IMG/VR virus record: IMGVR_UViG_3300037722_001090
From: a virus
Taxonomy: Duplodnaviria; Caudoviricetes
Length of the DNA stretch: 64,000 nucleotides
Reading direction: 5' to 3' (one strand)
Part shown: positions 1 to 10,035 of the stretch, in pieces
Layout: the number at the start of each line of letters is the position of its first letter
Numbering within the stretch: the first letter of the stretch is position 1
The notes under the pieces: generated by a model
Told to the model about the DNA's origin: nothing
Databases searched by the model: none
What the model saw: only the letters and a program-made list of their open reading frames with translations
Position numbers and translations under genes: made by a program

Positions 1-16
1 TACCATATAAACCCTT

Positions 17-343
17 TTAAATAGATAGGTACTGTATATCTATATCACTATTATGAAACATATCTAGAATTATCTTATTAGCTATGCTTTTTTCAATAGA
101 TACAACTTTATTTAAAGTCACAATAGACGATTGAACAGTACTGCAATCATGTATTTTTGTTTCATTCTGAAACTGAGAAAAAACCTCTGAAGAAGAAAAT
201 CTACTATCTGACCGAACTATATCCATGGATATAGCAGAACAGCACTTACACTTAAACTCTAAAGCATATGTAGTGCTAAGTGCAAGCTTAAAGGCACTAA
301 GAGCAGTACATTTTGCTTTATTAATTATTTCTTTATTATACAT
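17..343 (-). CDS. hypothetical protein
   Basis: 108 aa ORF directly following thyX on the coding strand. Confidence 0.45.
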   Translation of the reverse strand: MYNKEIINKAKCTALSAFKLALSTTYALEFKCKCCSAISMDIVRSDSRFSSSEVFSQFQNETKIHDCSTVQSSIVTLNKVVSIEKSIANKIILDMFHNSDIDIQYLSI

Positions 344-345
344 AG

Positions 346-1017
346 TTACTCCTTATCAAATACAATAGGTATTAATTGCTGCAACTCTTGAAACAATGGA
401 GCCATAAGCTCTCTCATTTGAGGGCTAGCAGTATGATGATTTCTTAATACATCAATATTCATCCAAGAGCGAAGATTAGTTTTAATATTAATTTCAGTCT
501 TACATGCATTAGGTAGAACATCTCTAGCTTGCTCGTTTTTCCATCCAAGAGAAATAAGTTCTTCATAATCAAGTGAAGAATTTAACATTGATTGAGCCCA
601 GATACGATCAGCTTTTAAGTTAAAGCTAGGTAGATTAGTAATAATCCCACCGTAACCTGAAGTTGAAAACTCACAAGGATCGATACTAGACCAACTAGGA
701 ATAATAAACTCAATAGCACCATCATAACCTACATAACGTTGAGATTCTTGAGCAAAAGAAGCAATTCTATGACGCACTAATTCATGACTAAAGGCTCTAC
801 TAGCTATAAATTTAACATGGATATCAGCGAACTCTAACATTGCAGTATGATTGCGCTTTACTAGTCCATTAATCATATTAATATAACTATCTTCAGTAAT
901 CTTATCTTCACTTTTATAGCAAGTGCGAGCTACTTTTTCAATATGTTTTAGTTTTTCAATACCTGTTTGTCCTAGCATATCTATTTCATACGATGGTTTT
1001 ATAAACTTAATTCGCAT
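346..1017 (-). CDS. thyX: flavin-dependent thymidylate synthase
   Basis: ThyX motif SHELVRHRIASFAQESQRY and ARDVLPNA. Confidence 0.92.
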   Translation of the reverse strand: MRIKFIKPSYEIDMLGQTGIEKLKHIEKVARTCYKSEDKITEDSYINMINGLVKRNHTAMLEFADIHVKFIASRAFSHELVRHRIASFAQESQRYVGYDGAIEFIIPSWSSIDPCEFSTSGYGGIITNLPSFNLKADRIWAQSMLNSSLDYEELISLGWKNEQARDVLPNACKTEINIKTNLRSWMNIDVLRNHHTASPQMRELMAPLFQELQQLIPIVFDKE

Positions 1018-1274
1018 TAATAAGACTCCAGTTCATCGATAGCTCTTTCAAGATTTTCAATAGCCTCTTCAATAGAAGGGATTGGACCACAAATATCTTT
1101 TTCTTCTAGCTTGGAATTAATATTCACAAGCTGATTAATAATAGTTCTTAATTTTCCTGTTTCCATAATAACCTCACACTAAAAATGTAGTAATAATAAC
1201 TAGACTAACTTGCAGTATAAACTGAAGTATTTTACCTAGTGTCATTTTTGATAAAAAATTAATCATAATTCACC

Positions 1275-1847
1275 TTAAATTGTACCTTCAATTATCCCAA
1301 GCTCAAGAGCTTCTTTAGGAGAAATATACCAATCTTTATTTTCATATTTTATTTTTAAGTCTTCTTCTTTAATATTAGTCCTAGAAATAAATAACTCGTC
1401 AAGAATCTTTTGTAATCTTTCCATTTCATCTGTTCTATTTTTCATATTATTAAGACTACCATTAGATCCACTAGCTACTTGATGATACATAAAAGTACTA
1501 TGTTTTTGGCTTACACGCTTATCTCCAGCCAGAAAAATAGTAAATGCAGCAGAAGCACACTTACCAAGAGCTACTGTTATAATAGGCGTCTTTGATGTTT
1601 CCATTGCACTAATAAGAGAAAGAGCAGCATATGCTTCTCCTCCATCTGAATGTATGTACATAACAATAGGATCTTTTTTTCTATTATATCCTACTTCAGT
1701 TTCTTCTTTTTCATCATCTTCATCATTAATTGAAAAGATCATCATAACGCATCGTTCAATAATCTCATCATCAATATCATCATTAATAAGAATTTTTCTA
1801 TCGCTTAGTAGGTTCTTAAATGTATATTCTTTAAACGACTCACTCAT
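1275..1847 (-). CDS. ClpP-like protease subunit
   Basis: YIHSDGGE, CASAA (catalytic Ser), FMYHQ, DWYISPKEALELGII. Confidence 0.85.
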   Translation of the reverse strand: MSESFKEYTFKNLLSDRKILINDDIDDEIIERCVMMIFSINDEDDEKEETEVGYNRKKDPIVMYIHSDGGEAYAALSLISAMETSKTPIITVALGKCASAAFTIFLAGDKRVSQKHSTFMYHQVASGSNGSLNNMKNRTDEMERLQKILDELFISRTNIKEEDLKIKYENKDWYISPKEALELGIIEGTI

Positions 1848-1850
1848 TAT

Positions 1851-2789
1851 TTATACTCCATTATATTTTTCATAATAATCTAACAAAAACTGGCCGCATG
1901 AACTACCAATGTCTAATCCAGGTGGAATATAATACTCACAAGGAACATCTGTATTATCAAAGACCTTTTTTGCTAATTCAAATCTCCCATAAGAGCTGGC
2001 TTTTTCTTCGATAGTATCTTTTTCATTATAATACAGAAATTTTACAGGAAAACCAATAGATTTTAATCTAAAAAAATCGTTTTCAGAATCATTCACACCA
2101 CTAATAAGTGCATAGTGAATTTCTATATCTATATTACAATATCTATTAATCCATTTCAAGGCATCAATTGATGGCATAATTTCATATGCATTTGGCATCC
2201 ATTTTTCTCTAGTATCATCAAATGTATAATGAAGAGATAGATGTATTTTTACTTTATAGCTATTCTCTCTAATAAAGCTAGCTAGATTATAAAGTCTATC
2301 AACATGACTTTTAGGAATCATTGTTGCTATAGCAAATCTAACAATATTATATCCATGTTTAAATCCCGATACAATATATTCTATTGAACTCTTAATACCA
2401 TTAAGATTACATAAAGGCTCACCACACCCCATGTAAGAAATTAGTAAGCAATTTCTTTTTTTATGAGGTAGTTTATGTGCAGGCAGAAGAGGAAAGAAAT
2501 TTAAATCATTAATAATTAATTCAACTCCTACATTAATTTCGTCACCTGTAATATTTCGCAATTTTAATTTACCAATACTATCAGATACATGACAAAACTT
2601 ACATCCTTGAGCACATAAAGTTTGAGTAGAAACACAGATAATATCTTTGCCATCATTCTTATTTATATAAGAGAACTCAGTAATTAAGCCATCATTCAGT
2701 TGCAATACATACTTAATTACTTGCTCATCTTTTGATTTGATCTTATCTAATATTTTCATTATTCTTACCTTTATATCCGCATTGTCCAT
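1851..2789 (-). CDS. RlmN/Cfr-like radical SAM RNA methyltransferase
   Basis: CVSTQTLCAQGCKFC (CxxxCxxC), MGCGEP, HLSLH, GVND, C-terminal SSCGQF. Confidence 0.75.
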   Translation of the reverse strand: MDNADIKVRIMKILDKIKSKDEQVIKYVLQLNDGLITEFSYINKNDGKDIICVSTQTLCAQGCKFCHVSDSIGKLKLRNITGDEINVGVELIINDLNFFPLLPAHKLPHKKRNCLLISYMGCGEPLCNLNGIKSSIEYIVSGFKHGYNIVRFAIATMIPKSHVDRLYNLASFIRENSYKVKIHLSLHYTFDDTREKWMPNAYEIMPSIDALKWINRYCNIDIEIHYALISGVNDSENDFFRLKSIGFPVKFLYYNEKDTIEEKASSYGRFELAKKVFDNTDVPCEYYIPPGLDIGSSCGQFLLDYYEKYNGV

Positions 2790-2803
2790 CTATAATCAAA
2801 GGA

Positions 2804-2977
2804 CTAGTCATCTTTAAATCCTGCAATTACCATTTTAGCTCTATATTCACAAAATTCCCTATGTCTATCTAGCCTGCCATTAATCTGAGGATCAGTTACG
2901 CTACAACAAGCACAGCAATAATAAGGATTAGGGTCAGGCATTTTCTTTTTTGGATAATCAGTATAGTAAGTAGTCAT
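2804..2977 (-). CDS. small Cys-rich hypothetical protein (57 aa)
   Basis: manual translation MTTYYTDYPKK...YCCACC...; below the ORF-track cutoff. Confidence 0.4.
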   Translation of the reverse strand: MTTYYTDYPKKKMPDPNPYYCCACCSVTDPQINGRLDRHREFCEYRAKMVIAGFKDD

Positions 2978-2986
2978 ATGATATAT

Positions 2987-4153
2987 TTAAACTCCAAAGT
3001 CAAATAACATTGCGCGCCCCGGATTAATACAGCGGGCAAACAATAGATCATACTGAATAGGATCTACGCCAGTAATTCCAATTAAATAAGACACAAGACT
3101 TCCAGCAGCAGATCCACGACCAGGGCCAACAGGAATATTATTCATTTTAGACCAAAGAACATAATCATACACAACAAGAAAGTAATGCTCAAGCTCAGTA
3201 AGATGTAGTTGTTCCATCTCAAAACGAACACGCTCTATATATATCGGATCCGCATCTTTACCTACACGCTTAAGTCCCTTAAGCGCAAGGTCATATAGAT
3301 AAGTAAACTCATCCATTCCAGACGGAGTCTCTGCTTCAGGTAAGTGATAACCAGTAAACTCAAACTTAACATCACACTTATCGGCAATCTCTAAGGTATT
3401 AGAGATCTCTTCAGGTGTAAATTTGGCTTGCATTTCTGCTAACGACCATACATGATAATCTTTTCCATCAAACCCATCATCACCTTTACCTACAGTATTG
3501 TATGCTAGCTGCTTAAAGATATTATGAAACTCCTTATCTCCAGGATTCAGATAGTGAGAATCAGTAGCTGGTAGAATTTTTATACCAAGATCAGCTCCAG
3601 TATTACGGAAAAAGTCCTTAACAATAACTTCATCTGCAAGATTATGGTCAGCAATTTCTAGATAAAAATCTTCACCAAAAATCTTCTTAAGCTTATTAAT
3701 AATACCAATAGACGCATCTACTTCATTATTCAAAATCAACTGTTGAGGTAAACCAAATATACACGCAGTGGAGCAAATAAGCCCTTCACTGTACATCTCT
3801 AAGCTTTTCCAGTCAATCCTTGGCTTGCGATAAAATCCAGTAACATAAGAGAATTTAGATAACCTATTTAAGTTCTTGAAACCTTCTTGATTTTTAGCTA
3901 TAAGTACTAGATGAAAATGAGCTTCTTTCTCTTCTGCATTCTCAGTAAAATAAAATTCACAACCAATAATAGGCTTAATGTTTCTTTCTTTGAATATCTT
4001 AAATTGCTTATAAGAAGCACCAATGAACCCATGATCCGTAATTGCGCAAGATTCGATACCTAGCTCAATGCACTTATCGGCAAGTTGGTCTATTTTGATA
4101 ACAGCATCTCTTACTGAGTAACAAGAATGCAAATGTGTTGGTACGTAACTCAT
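2987..4153 (-). CDS. dnaE: DNA polymerase III alpha subunit, N-terminal part only (PHP domain plus start of palm)
   Basis: HLHSCYS, ITDHG, KPIIGCEFY, HLVLIAKNQEG, GPGRGSAAGSLVSYLIGIT; TAA stop after LLFARCINPGR. Confidence 0.9.
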   Translation of the reverse strand: MSYVPTHLHSCYSVRDAVIKIDQLADKCIELGIESCAITDHGFIGASYKQFKIFKERNIKPIIGCEFYFTENAEEKEAHFHLVLIAKNQEGFKNLNRLSKFSYVTGFYRKPRIDWKSLEMYSEGLICSTACIFGLPQQLILNNEVDASIGIINKLKKIFGEDFYLEIADHNLADEVIVKDFFRNTGADLGIKILPATDSHYLNPGDKEFHNIFKQLAYNTVGKGDDGFDGKDYHVWSLAEMQAKFTPEEISNTLEIADKCDVKFEFTGYHLPEAETPSGMDEFTYLYDLALKGLKRVGKDADPIYIERVRFEMEQLHLTELEHYFLVVYDYVLWSKMNNIPVGPGRGSAAGSLVSYLIGITGVDPIQYDLLFARCINPGRAMLFDFGV

Positions 4154-4162
4154 AAAGTTCCT

Positions 4163-4462
4163 TTATTCAGCTTCAGTTTCTTCCGACTCTTCTTCAGTTT
4201 CTTCTTCTAACAATTCTTGAGTTGCAGAAGTATCAAATCCAGACAATTCGTCTTCCATATACTTAATGCTTCTTAATTTACGAGCAATTGCAGTAAACAT
4301 TTCTTCAGCATATTCAATCTTAATTGGTTCACATACTCTTACGCCATACACGTTCGTATTATCATCTTCATCTACTACGCTGATTTTAACAGTTAGTGTA
4401 CTGGGCACATTCTCACATGCAGGTTCTTTAGATACGCGAATATCACTCACATAAAAATCCAT
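4163..4462 (-). CDS. acidic hypothetical protein
   Basis: 99 aa ORF with Glu-rich C-terminus, tightly packed in operon. Confidence 0.55.
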   Translation of the reverse strand: MDFYVSDIRVSKEPACENVPSTLTVKISVVDEDDNTNVYGVRVCEPIKIEYAEEMFTAIARKLRSIKYMEDELSGFDTSATQELLEEETEEESEETEAE

Positions 4463-4464
4463 AA

Positions 4465-4749
4465 TTATTTCCTTTTAATATAAAATTTTTCTAACTTAAT
4501 TAACTTATTTCTAGATGATACAATAATTTCATCTAAAGTCATAGGGCTGTGTGCACAGATTACAGAAATCATAGCAAGCACATCGCCAAGTTCTTGCTCT
4601 AATAATTTCCAATTAGGAGTACATTTTTCATCTAATGGACTGTAGTTATTTAGTCCAAACCTTTTCCATTTAGAGCACATTTGAATTACTTCAGCATACT
4701 CTTCCGCTAAAATATCCAAATTTTGATCCATATCATTAAAGTTTTCCAT
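4465..4749 (-). CDS. MazG-like nucleotide pyrophosphohydrolase
   Basis: LAEEYAEVIQ...LEQELGDVLA ExxE/ExxD pattern. Confidence 0.65.
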   Translation of the reverse strand: MENFNDMDQNLDILAEEYAEVIQMCSKWKRFGLNNYSPLDEKCTPNWKLLEQELGDVLAMISVICAHSPMTLDEIIVSSRNKLIKLEKFYIKRK

Positions 4750-5024
4750 TAGATAAACTTCCTAATGTTATCACAAAGATCTCTTGTTCGTTGTATCTCT
4801 CTACTTATATAATCCTCACCTACCTTAGAGCACCAATACGCATCACAACATTGTTCCTTTGCTTTAGATGCCCTAAGCTTACCATTAGATCTTATAACCT
4901 GCTGATAGTATAAGGTAGACCCTTCGATCTTAGTAATAATATGATAGCCAGGACTATATGCAGTTATTAGATCTCCTACTAGCGCTTCATTTACTTTCAT
5001 TTTAACCTCCAAAACATATATAGA

Positions 5025-5040
5025 CGGGGCCGAAGCCCCG
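5025..5040 (-). terminator. GC stem-loop with UUCG loop
   Basis: minus strand CGGGGC-TTCG-GCCCCG; weak downstream U tract. Confidence 0.5.
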
Positions 5041-5050
5041 CCAAAAAAAA

Positions 5051-5869
5051 TTAAGCTTGTTTTCTAGTAAATTCTTTAAATTGGTTTTTAGTATTATTTT
5101 TTACGCCATATGTTTTATGAAACAATCTATGGCATTCTTTGCACATAGTTATGCCATTATTAAGATCATATGAATGATCCTGGTCATATATATAATTTAC
5201 TAAATGATGAGCGTGCATACCCCCGGTCTTACCACATACACTACATCTGTACTCATCTCTTTCGAATATTCTCTTACGCCAATCTACATACTTTTCATAT
5301 CTTCTGGTCTTGATACATTCAATAGAATACTTTTCACTACATCCACATGACAAAATATATTCACGACTAAGATCAGCAGTTGAAATATCAATAGTATTTC
5401 CACACTCGCATTGACATAGCCATATTCTATTCTGGTTTTCTGATCTTAAAAGCTTAATAACATTTAGCTTTCTAAACGTTTTACCAGTAAGATCTTTCTT
5501 GCTTATGCATCCACAACTTTTGGTATTGCCAGTAGTCAAATGGTTTGTAGTCTGGATTATTTTGTTACCACACTCACAAACGCATTCCCATAAAGAAGAC
5601 TTCTTTCCATTTGATCCAACATAAGATACTACTTCTAACAGTCCGTATTTTTGCCCAACAGTAACAGTATTAAGAGACTTTCTTCTTTGGTCTTTTGCAT
5701 AGCAGCCACAAGAACAGGATTCTCCAGACTTTAAATGTCTGGACTTAATAATTTTTTCATTGCCGCAGTCACATTTGCAAAGATACAGTATTAACCTATC
5801 TTTTGACCGACCAGCTTCTGATAATACAATTAACCTACCAAAACGTTTACCAATCATAATTACCTCCAA
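5051..5869 (-). CDS. HNH homing endonuclease with three CxCxCG zinc-ribbon repeats
   Basis: repeated G..FG.L.V...W.C.CECG units; C-terminal CSVCG...HAHH...NGITMCKECH. Confidence 0.85.
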   Translation of the reverse strand: MEVIMIGKRFGRLIVLSEAGRSKDRLILYLCKCDCGNEKIIKSRHLKSGESCSCGCYAKDQRRKSLNTVTVGQKYGLLEVVSYVGSNGKKSSLWECVCECGNKIIQTTNHLTTGNTKSCGCISKKDLTGKTFRKLNVIKLLRSENQNRIWLCQCECGNTIDISTADLSREYILSCGCSEKYSIECIKTRRYEKYVDWRKRIFERDEYRCSVCGKTGGMHAHHLVNYIYDQDHSYDLNNGITMCKECHRLFHKTYGVKNNTKNQFKEFTRKQA

Positions 5870-5897
5870 TATTTTATGGAAATTCCTCCATAACTAT

Positions 5898-5907
5898 TGT
5901 TAATAAC
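5898..5907 (-). promoter_or_regulatory. GTTATTAACA motif upstream of endonuclease gene
   Basis: one of 8 copies, each upstream of an endonuclease ORF. Confidence 0.6.
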
Positions 5908-6272
5908 TAGTTTTATTTATTAGCTCGTCTTTTCCAGTTTGCTTTTACTGCTGCAACCTGATTTGCTCTTACATCTTCAGTGCCATTTTTATTAATGACA
6001 GCTGCAATTTCACTTGATGTATTAGTTACACCTAGCTCACATAGTGATACAACAAATTTTTTCCAGTTATTCATATTCTTATTCTCCATTATTTAGATTT
6101 TTCAAGATTACTAATAATCTCAAGAGCTTCTTCGTAGGAATTAGCATGCGATACTAGCATTGCGTTTAAAACAATACTTCCTATAAGTAACGCACCGGTA
6201 TCAGGCTGAATAGCCCGTACTACCATTATTTTATTTTTACTTGGTTGTGTGATAATTACTAAATCACTCATA

Positions 6273-7127
6273 TTATATAAACCTCATAGCAAAACCCTCA
6301 TTTATAATGACTGGCTGCACATTTTTACTTCTTAGATTAAGAAATACACCATTAGATTCTTGATATTTTCTTTTTATTCTGAGATTAATTTTATTAATAT
6401 TTACTATGTTACCATCTGCATTAGTAGATATTGTCTTATATCTTCCATATAGCAATTGAAATACCCAGTAGTTTTCTACAGGCACATGCAATATATCAAG
6501 ATTGATTATAGGCGAAGAGCTAAATATAAAAGGTATCAATAATCCACTTTTAATTAGTACGTGAGTTAGATAAACATCGATCCTATTAACATTCCAGTTT
6601 TCTATATAATCCAAGAGAATATTATCAATATCCCCTTTATAGTTAGCACCGTCGAAGACAATGCCATTAAGGCTAAGAACAATACTACTAAAGCTTTTAA
6701 TGTCGCTTTCAAATAACGTCGGGAGTCCGATTTTCCTCTTTCTCCCTCTTGCATAAACAGAAAAATCTTTAACATATTTAGATGTTACAACCCCCAAAAT
6801 TAATTCTTTAATATTGTCAGATACACTAAAGAAGTCTGCAGGTAACGTTACAAACTTAGCTTCTTTAGCAAATGCAGGACTATCAAAACTAAATCCATAC
6901 AAGTCAGTCATGATCTTATGTGTCTTAGTTTTAATATTAGTCTCAACTGATGTAATGTTACCCCAACCATATACTTTGTTTGGCCTAAAAACAAGAGCAT
7001 CGACCATTATACCTGCAGGTAATTTCTTAATAAACATATTATAGTTCTTTAGTTGCACTTCTTGATATGCAGCCTTATTCTTATAACGTATTCTGCAGAG
7101 CAACGAGTAATGGTCTGGATAAATCAT
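6273..7127 (-). CDS. hypothetical protein
   Basis: 284 aa ORF overlapping neighbours. Confidence 0.6.
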   Translation of the reverse strand: MIYPDHYSLLCRIRYKNKAAYQEVQLKNYNMFIKKLPAGIMVDALVFRPNKVYGWGNITSVETNIKTKTHKIMTDLYGFSFDSPAFAKEAKFVTLPADFFSVSDNIKELILGVVTSKYVKDFSVYARGRKRKIGLPTLFESDIKSFSSIVLSLNGIVFDGANYKGDIDNILLDYIENWNVNRIDVYLTHVLIKSGLLIPFIFSSSPIINLDILHVPVENYWVFQLLYGRYKTISTNADGNIVNINKINLRIKRKYQESNGVFLNLRSKNVQPVIINEGFAMRFI

Positions 7128-7654
7128 ACAATAACCTTTTTAACTCGATATCCAAACTTATCCATAAGATTAGCTACCTTACCAAGAGCAACTAGGTCAC
7201 TGTGTTCTAGAGCAACATCTTTGCCCTCTATACTTACTATGAATTTCTTAATTGTAAGCTTTGCAACTTCTTCAGGAGTAACCTGATATCCCAAGTCAGC
7301 AACATCAATTTCAAAATCTGGACGTATTTCATCTTTTTCATAAACACTAGCCCATGGTGGAGCTTCCCAGGTAATCTCTCCAAACATATAACTGGCAAGA
7401 GATTGTACTTTCTCTGTAAGCTTATCAGTATCATCTTCTAAGGAAGAGATCTCAATAAACGGCTTACCGTAATAATTAGGATTCAAGATATCAATAAATA
7501 TATATGCATCATAAGACGTTAAATCTTCTTTGCTATTAAATAAATGTTTGCTCCAGGTTACACCAGCTTGCTTAGCACCATCTAGCATTTCCCATAATTC
7601 AGACCATTTATTTCCAAGGCCTGCTTCATTATCAGCCAATACGAGTATTTTCAT
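7124..7654 (-). CDS. hypothetical protein
   Basis: 176 aa ORF, translationally coupled. Confidence 0.6.
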   Translation of the reverse strand: MKILVLADNEAGLGNKWSELWEMLDGAKQAGVTWSKHLFNSKEDLTSYDAYIFIDILNPNYYGKPFIEISSLEDDTDKLTEKVQSLASYMFGEITWEAPPWASVYEKDEIRPDFEIDVADLGYQVTPEEVAKLTIKKFIVSIEGKDVALEHSDLVALGKVANLMDKFGYRVKKVIV

Positions 7655-8184
7655 TATCTCATCCCTGTTGTCTTATAAGACTTATCAAACATTCTATCAG
7701 ACTGATTAGCAGAGTAAGATAAGCTATTAGTCAAAAGCATTAAGTCTTTAAGTTTATTTTTATGGTGTTCAAAGTATTCTTTTAGAATAGATATTTGAAC
7801 AAAACGATCTTCATGCCGCTGTAAGTCTTTATATTTATTTCTAGCCATAGCTTCTAATCGTTCTCTGCCAGGAGGTTTAATTTTATCTGGATATCCTAGA
7901 AGAAGATCATCTACTCTTTTGTTTAATAGATTGCGACATCTAGACTGGAGTTCCTTATAAGCTACAAGTAAATTATTAAAAGCATTATATGCAATTTGAT
8001 ACTTATTATTTAATGTAGCACAAGTAGTATCAATATCAATACTAGAGCAAGGCATAGACGGCATTGTTACAGTAAGCTCTTCTTGCCATTCAGCCAAAGT
8101 TCTATTTTCATATTCAATTAAAGCATAGTCGATAATTTCTACTTCTTCTATGACGTCTTCTATGACTTCTTCTTGTTGATCCAT
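7654..8184 (-). CDS. helical hypothetical protein
   Basis: 176 aa ORF, coupled. Confidence 0.55.
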   Translation of the reverse strand: MDQQEEVIEDVIEEVEIIDYALIEYENRTLAEWQEELTVTMPSMPCSSIDIDTTCATLNNKYQIAYNAFNNLLVAYKELQSRCRNLLNKRVDDLLLGYPDKIKPPGRERLEAMARNKYKDLQRHEDRFVQISILKEYFEHHKNKLKDLMLLTNSLSYSANQSDRMFDKSYKTTGMR

Positions 8185-8996
8185 AATTTTACCGTATCAC
8201 TTTCATATTTATCTGCAATATCTAAACTTGCATACTTAGGCGTATCACCACAAGCTTTAAGTAAATGCTTACATAGACTATCTCTATCTTTAATAAAAGA
8301 TTTTCTATCTATCTGCTTATATCCAGAACTATTTGACTGGTTAAGATATATTTGACTAATTTTATCAAAAGATTTATCTTTTTCAGTAAATTCAGAACAC
8401 GCACGCTTAACCATTAGGCAATAGTTGCATTCATCAGAATCTTCCATAAAATATACATTCTCTTTATCAAAAGCAATTTTCATAACCTTAGGTTTAGTTT
8501 TTGTCATATCCTTAAACATTTGGTTAATATAATAATTTGCATTATGATCAAGATTAATTATAATTTCTTTATCTTCTGGAATCCAATCTAAAATTTTAGC
8601 CATACTAAATTCTAAGTAATATATAAATCCAGCAGATTTAATCTTCCAGCTTTTTCTACTTAAAATAAGCTTAGCATGCCAAAAAATAGCATCACCAGCA
8701 GAAGAAATAGAATTAAATACACCAACATCAACAAGATTCATAGGAATGGTTTTCCAATCCAAATCTGGAATAAGAATAGAAGGCCTAGGATCATTATTTT
8801 TTAGCCCTAACCCTTTCTCTAATTCCATATTAAATAAGTCTTTAATGGCTATTTTAGTAGGTTGATAATTAACACTAACACCAGTAGGCATAAGCACAGA
8901 GCTTGTTCCAAAATCAAGAACACACGCATGCTTTTCAAGGTAAGCATACTGGTTATCAGGTAAGGTTTTAGGACGAATTTTTGTTAAATTTATCAT
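8160..8996 (-). CDS. hypothetical protein whose N-terminus appears to be supplied by the upstream endonuclease cassette
   Basis: 278 aa; its codons for PKTLPDN are duplicated at 9988-10009. Confidence 0.6.
   Translation of the reverse strand: MINLTKIRPKTLPDNQYAYLEKHACVLDFGTSSVLMPTGVSVNYQPTKIAIKDLFNMELEKGLGLKNNDPRPSILIPDLDWKTIPMNLVDVGVFNSISSAGDAIFWHAKLILSRKSWKIKSAGFIYYLEFSMAKILDWIPEDKEIIINLDHNANYYINQMFKDMTKTKPKVMKIAFDKENVYFMEDSDECNYCLMVKRACSEFTEKDKSFDKISQIYLNQSNSSGYKQIDRKSFIKDRDSLCKHLLKACGDTPKYASLDIADKYESDTVKLWINKKKS
8951..8972. repeat. 22 bp direct repeat, copy 1
   Basis: GGTTATCAGGTAAGGTTTTAGG identical to 9988-10009. Confidence 0.9.
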
Positions 8997-9939
8997 GCTT
9001 ATATAATTCTTTCTGTAAAATATTTTCTATACTCTTAAATTGATTATACCTAATCCTAAGTAGTTGAATATTGTTACTACAGCAATACTTGTCCTTAATC
9101 ATATCTCTCTGCTTAACAATCTCTAGATTCTTTTTTTTAGTTTCTATTGACTGATCAGAACTAAAAGAATGTGGCTTAAAGTGCTGTATTCCATCAAATT
9201 CTATAAGAGTGTTGTATTCAGGTAGATAAAAATCAAACCTTAGTCTTATTTTATTTTTGCAGTCATCAAAAGTTTTTTGTTCTTCAAGCAAGATATTTTT
9301 GTTTTTAAAAAAAAATCTAATCTTATTTTCACCTCTTGATGATCTACACATTGGGCAGCCAGCTCCTTTTAAGTGATTACTTGGAGCCTGCCAAAACTCA
9401 CCATGCCTAGAGCATAATATAATAACCTTAGATTCACAGTGGATATATTCAACCTTAGAGTAATCATACTTATTGCCATGCACTCGCTTTGCTTCGGCAA
9501 TAAAATCATATATTGACTTAGTAAATATAAGTCCATTAGATACATATCCACATAACCTACACCCTTTGCCACTTAAGTGACCTGGTGGTGTTTGCCAAAA
9601 TTCACCATGATCAGAACAAATAATACAAACTTTTGTTTGGCTATTTTTATAAATAACCTTAGAGTAATCATATTTATTTCCATGAACTTGATTTGCTCTT
9701 TTAACAAACTCATCATTAGTTAATGCACTATTCTTTGCACTTTTTAAATATCTACATACAGGACAGCCTTGCTTTGCACTAATATGTTTATTTGGAGTTT
9801 GCATAAAGCTACCATGGTTAAGGCAAATAATTTCAAGCTTAGTAGAGCTATTTACATACTCAGATCTAGAGTAATCATATATATTAGAATGAACAGCTCT
9901 AGATTTTTCAATAAAATTTTTAATAGTTAAATTTTTCAC
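8968..9939 (-). CDS. homing-type endonuclease (zinc-ribbon repeats plus Vsr/DUF559-like PD-(D/E)XK domain)
   Basis: three YDYS.V.Y...I.C..HG.F.Q.P..HL.G.GCP.C repeats; FDFYLP...IEFDGIQHF. Confidence 0.85.
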   Translation of the reverse strand: MKNLTIKNFIEKSRAVHSNIYDYSRSEYVNSSTKLEIICLNHGSFMQTPNKHISAKQGCPVCRYLKSAKNSALTNDEFVKRANQVHGNKYDYSKVIYKNSQTKVCIICSDHGEFWQTPPGHLSGKGCRLCGYVSNGLIFTKSIYDFIAEAKRVHGNKYDYSKVEYIHCESKVIILCSRHGEFWQAPSNHLKGAGCPMCRSSRGENKIRFFFKNKNILLEEQKTFDDCKNKIRLRFDFYLPEYNTLIEFDGIQHFKPHSFSSDQSIETKKKNLEIVKQRDMIKDKYCCSNNIQLLRIRYNQFKSIENILQKELYKHDKFNKNSS

Positions 9940-9965
9940 AAACAGAACCCTCCTTCGATTCTATT

Positions 9966-9975
9966 TGTTAATAAC
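9966..9975 (-). promoter_or_regulatory. GTTATTAACA motif upstream of endonuclease gene
   Basis: exact copy. Confidence 0.6.
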
Positions 9976-9987
9976 TACAGTTAAGTC

Positions 9988-10009
9988 GGTTATCAGGTAA
10001 GGTTTTAGG
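9988..10009. repeat. 22 bp direct repeat, copy 2 (within orphan 5' end MIQLQLIKPKTLPDN)
   Basis: identical to 8951-8972; orphan ATG at 10033. Confidence 0.9.
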
Positions 10010-10035
10010 TTTTATCAGCTGCAACTGAATCATAA

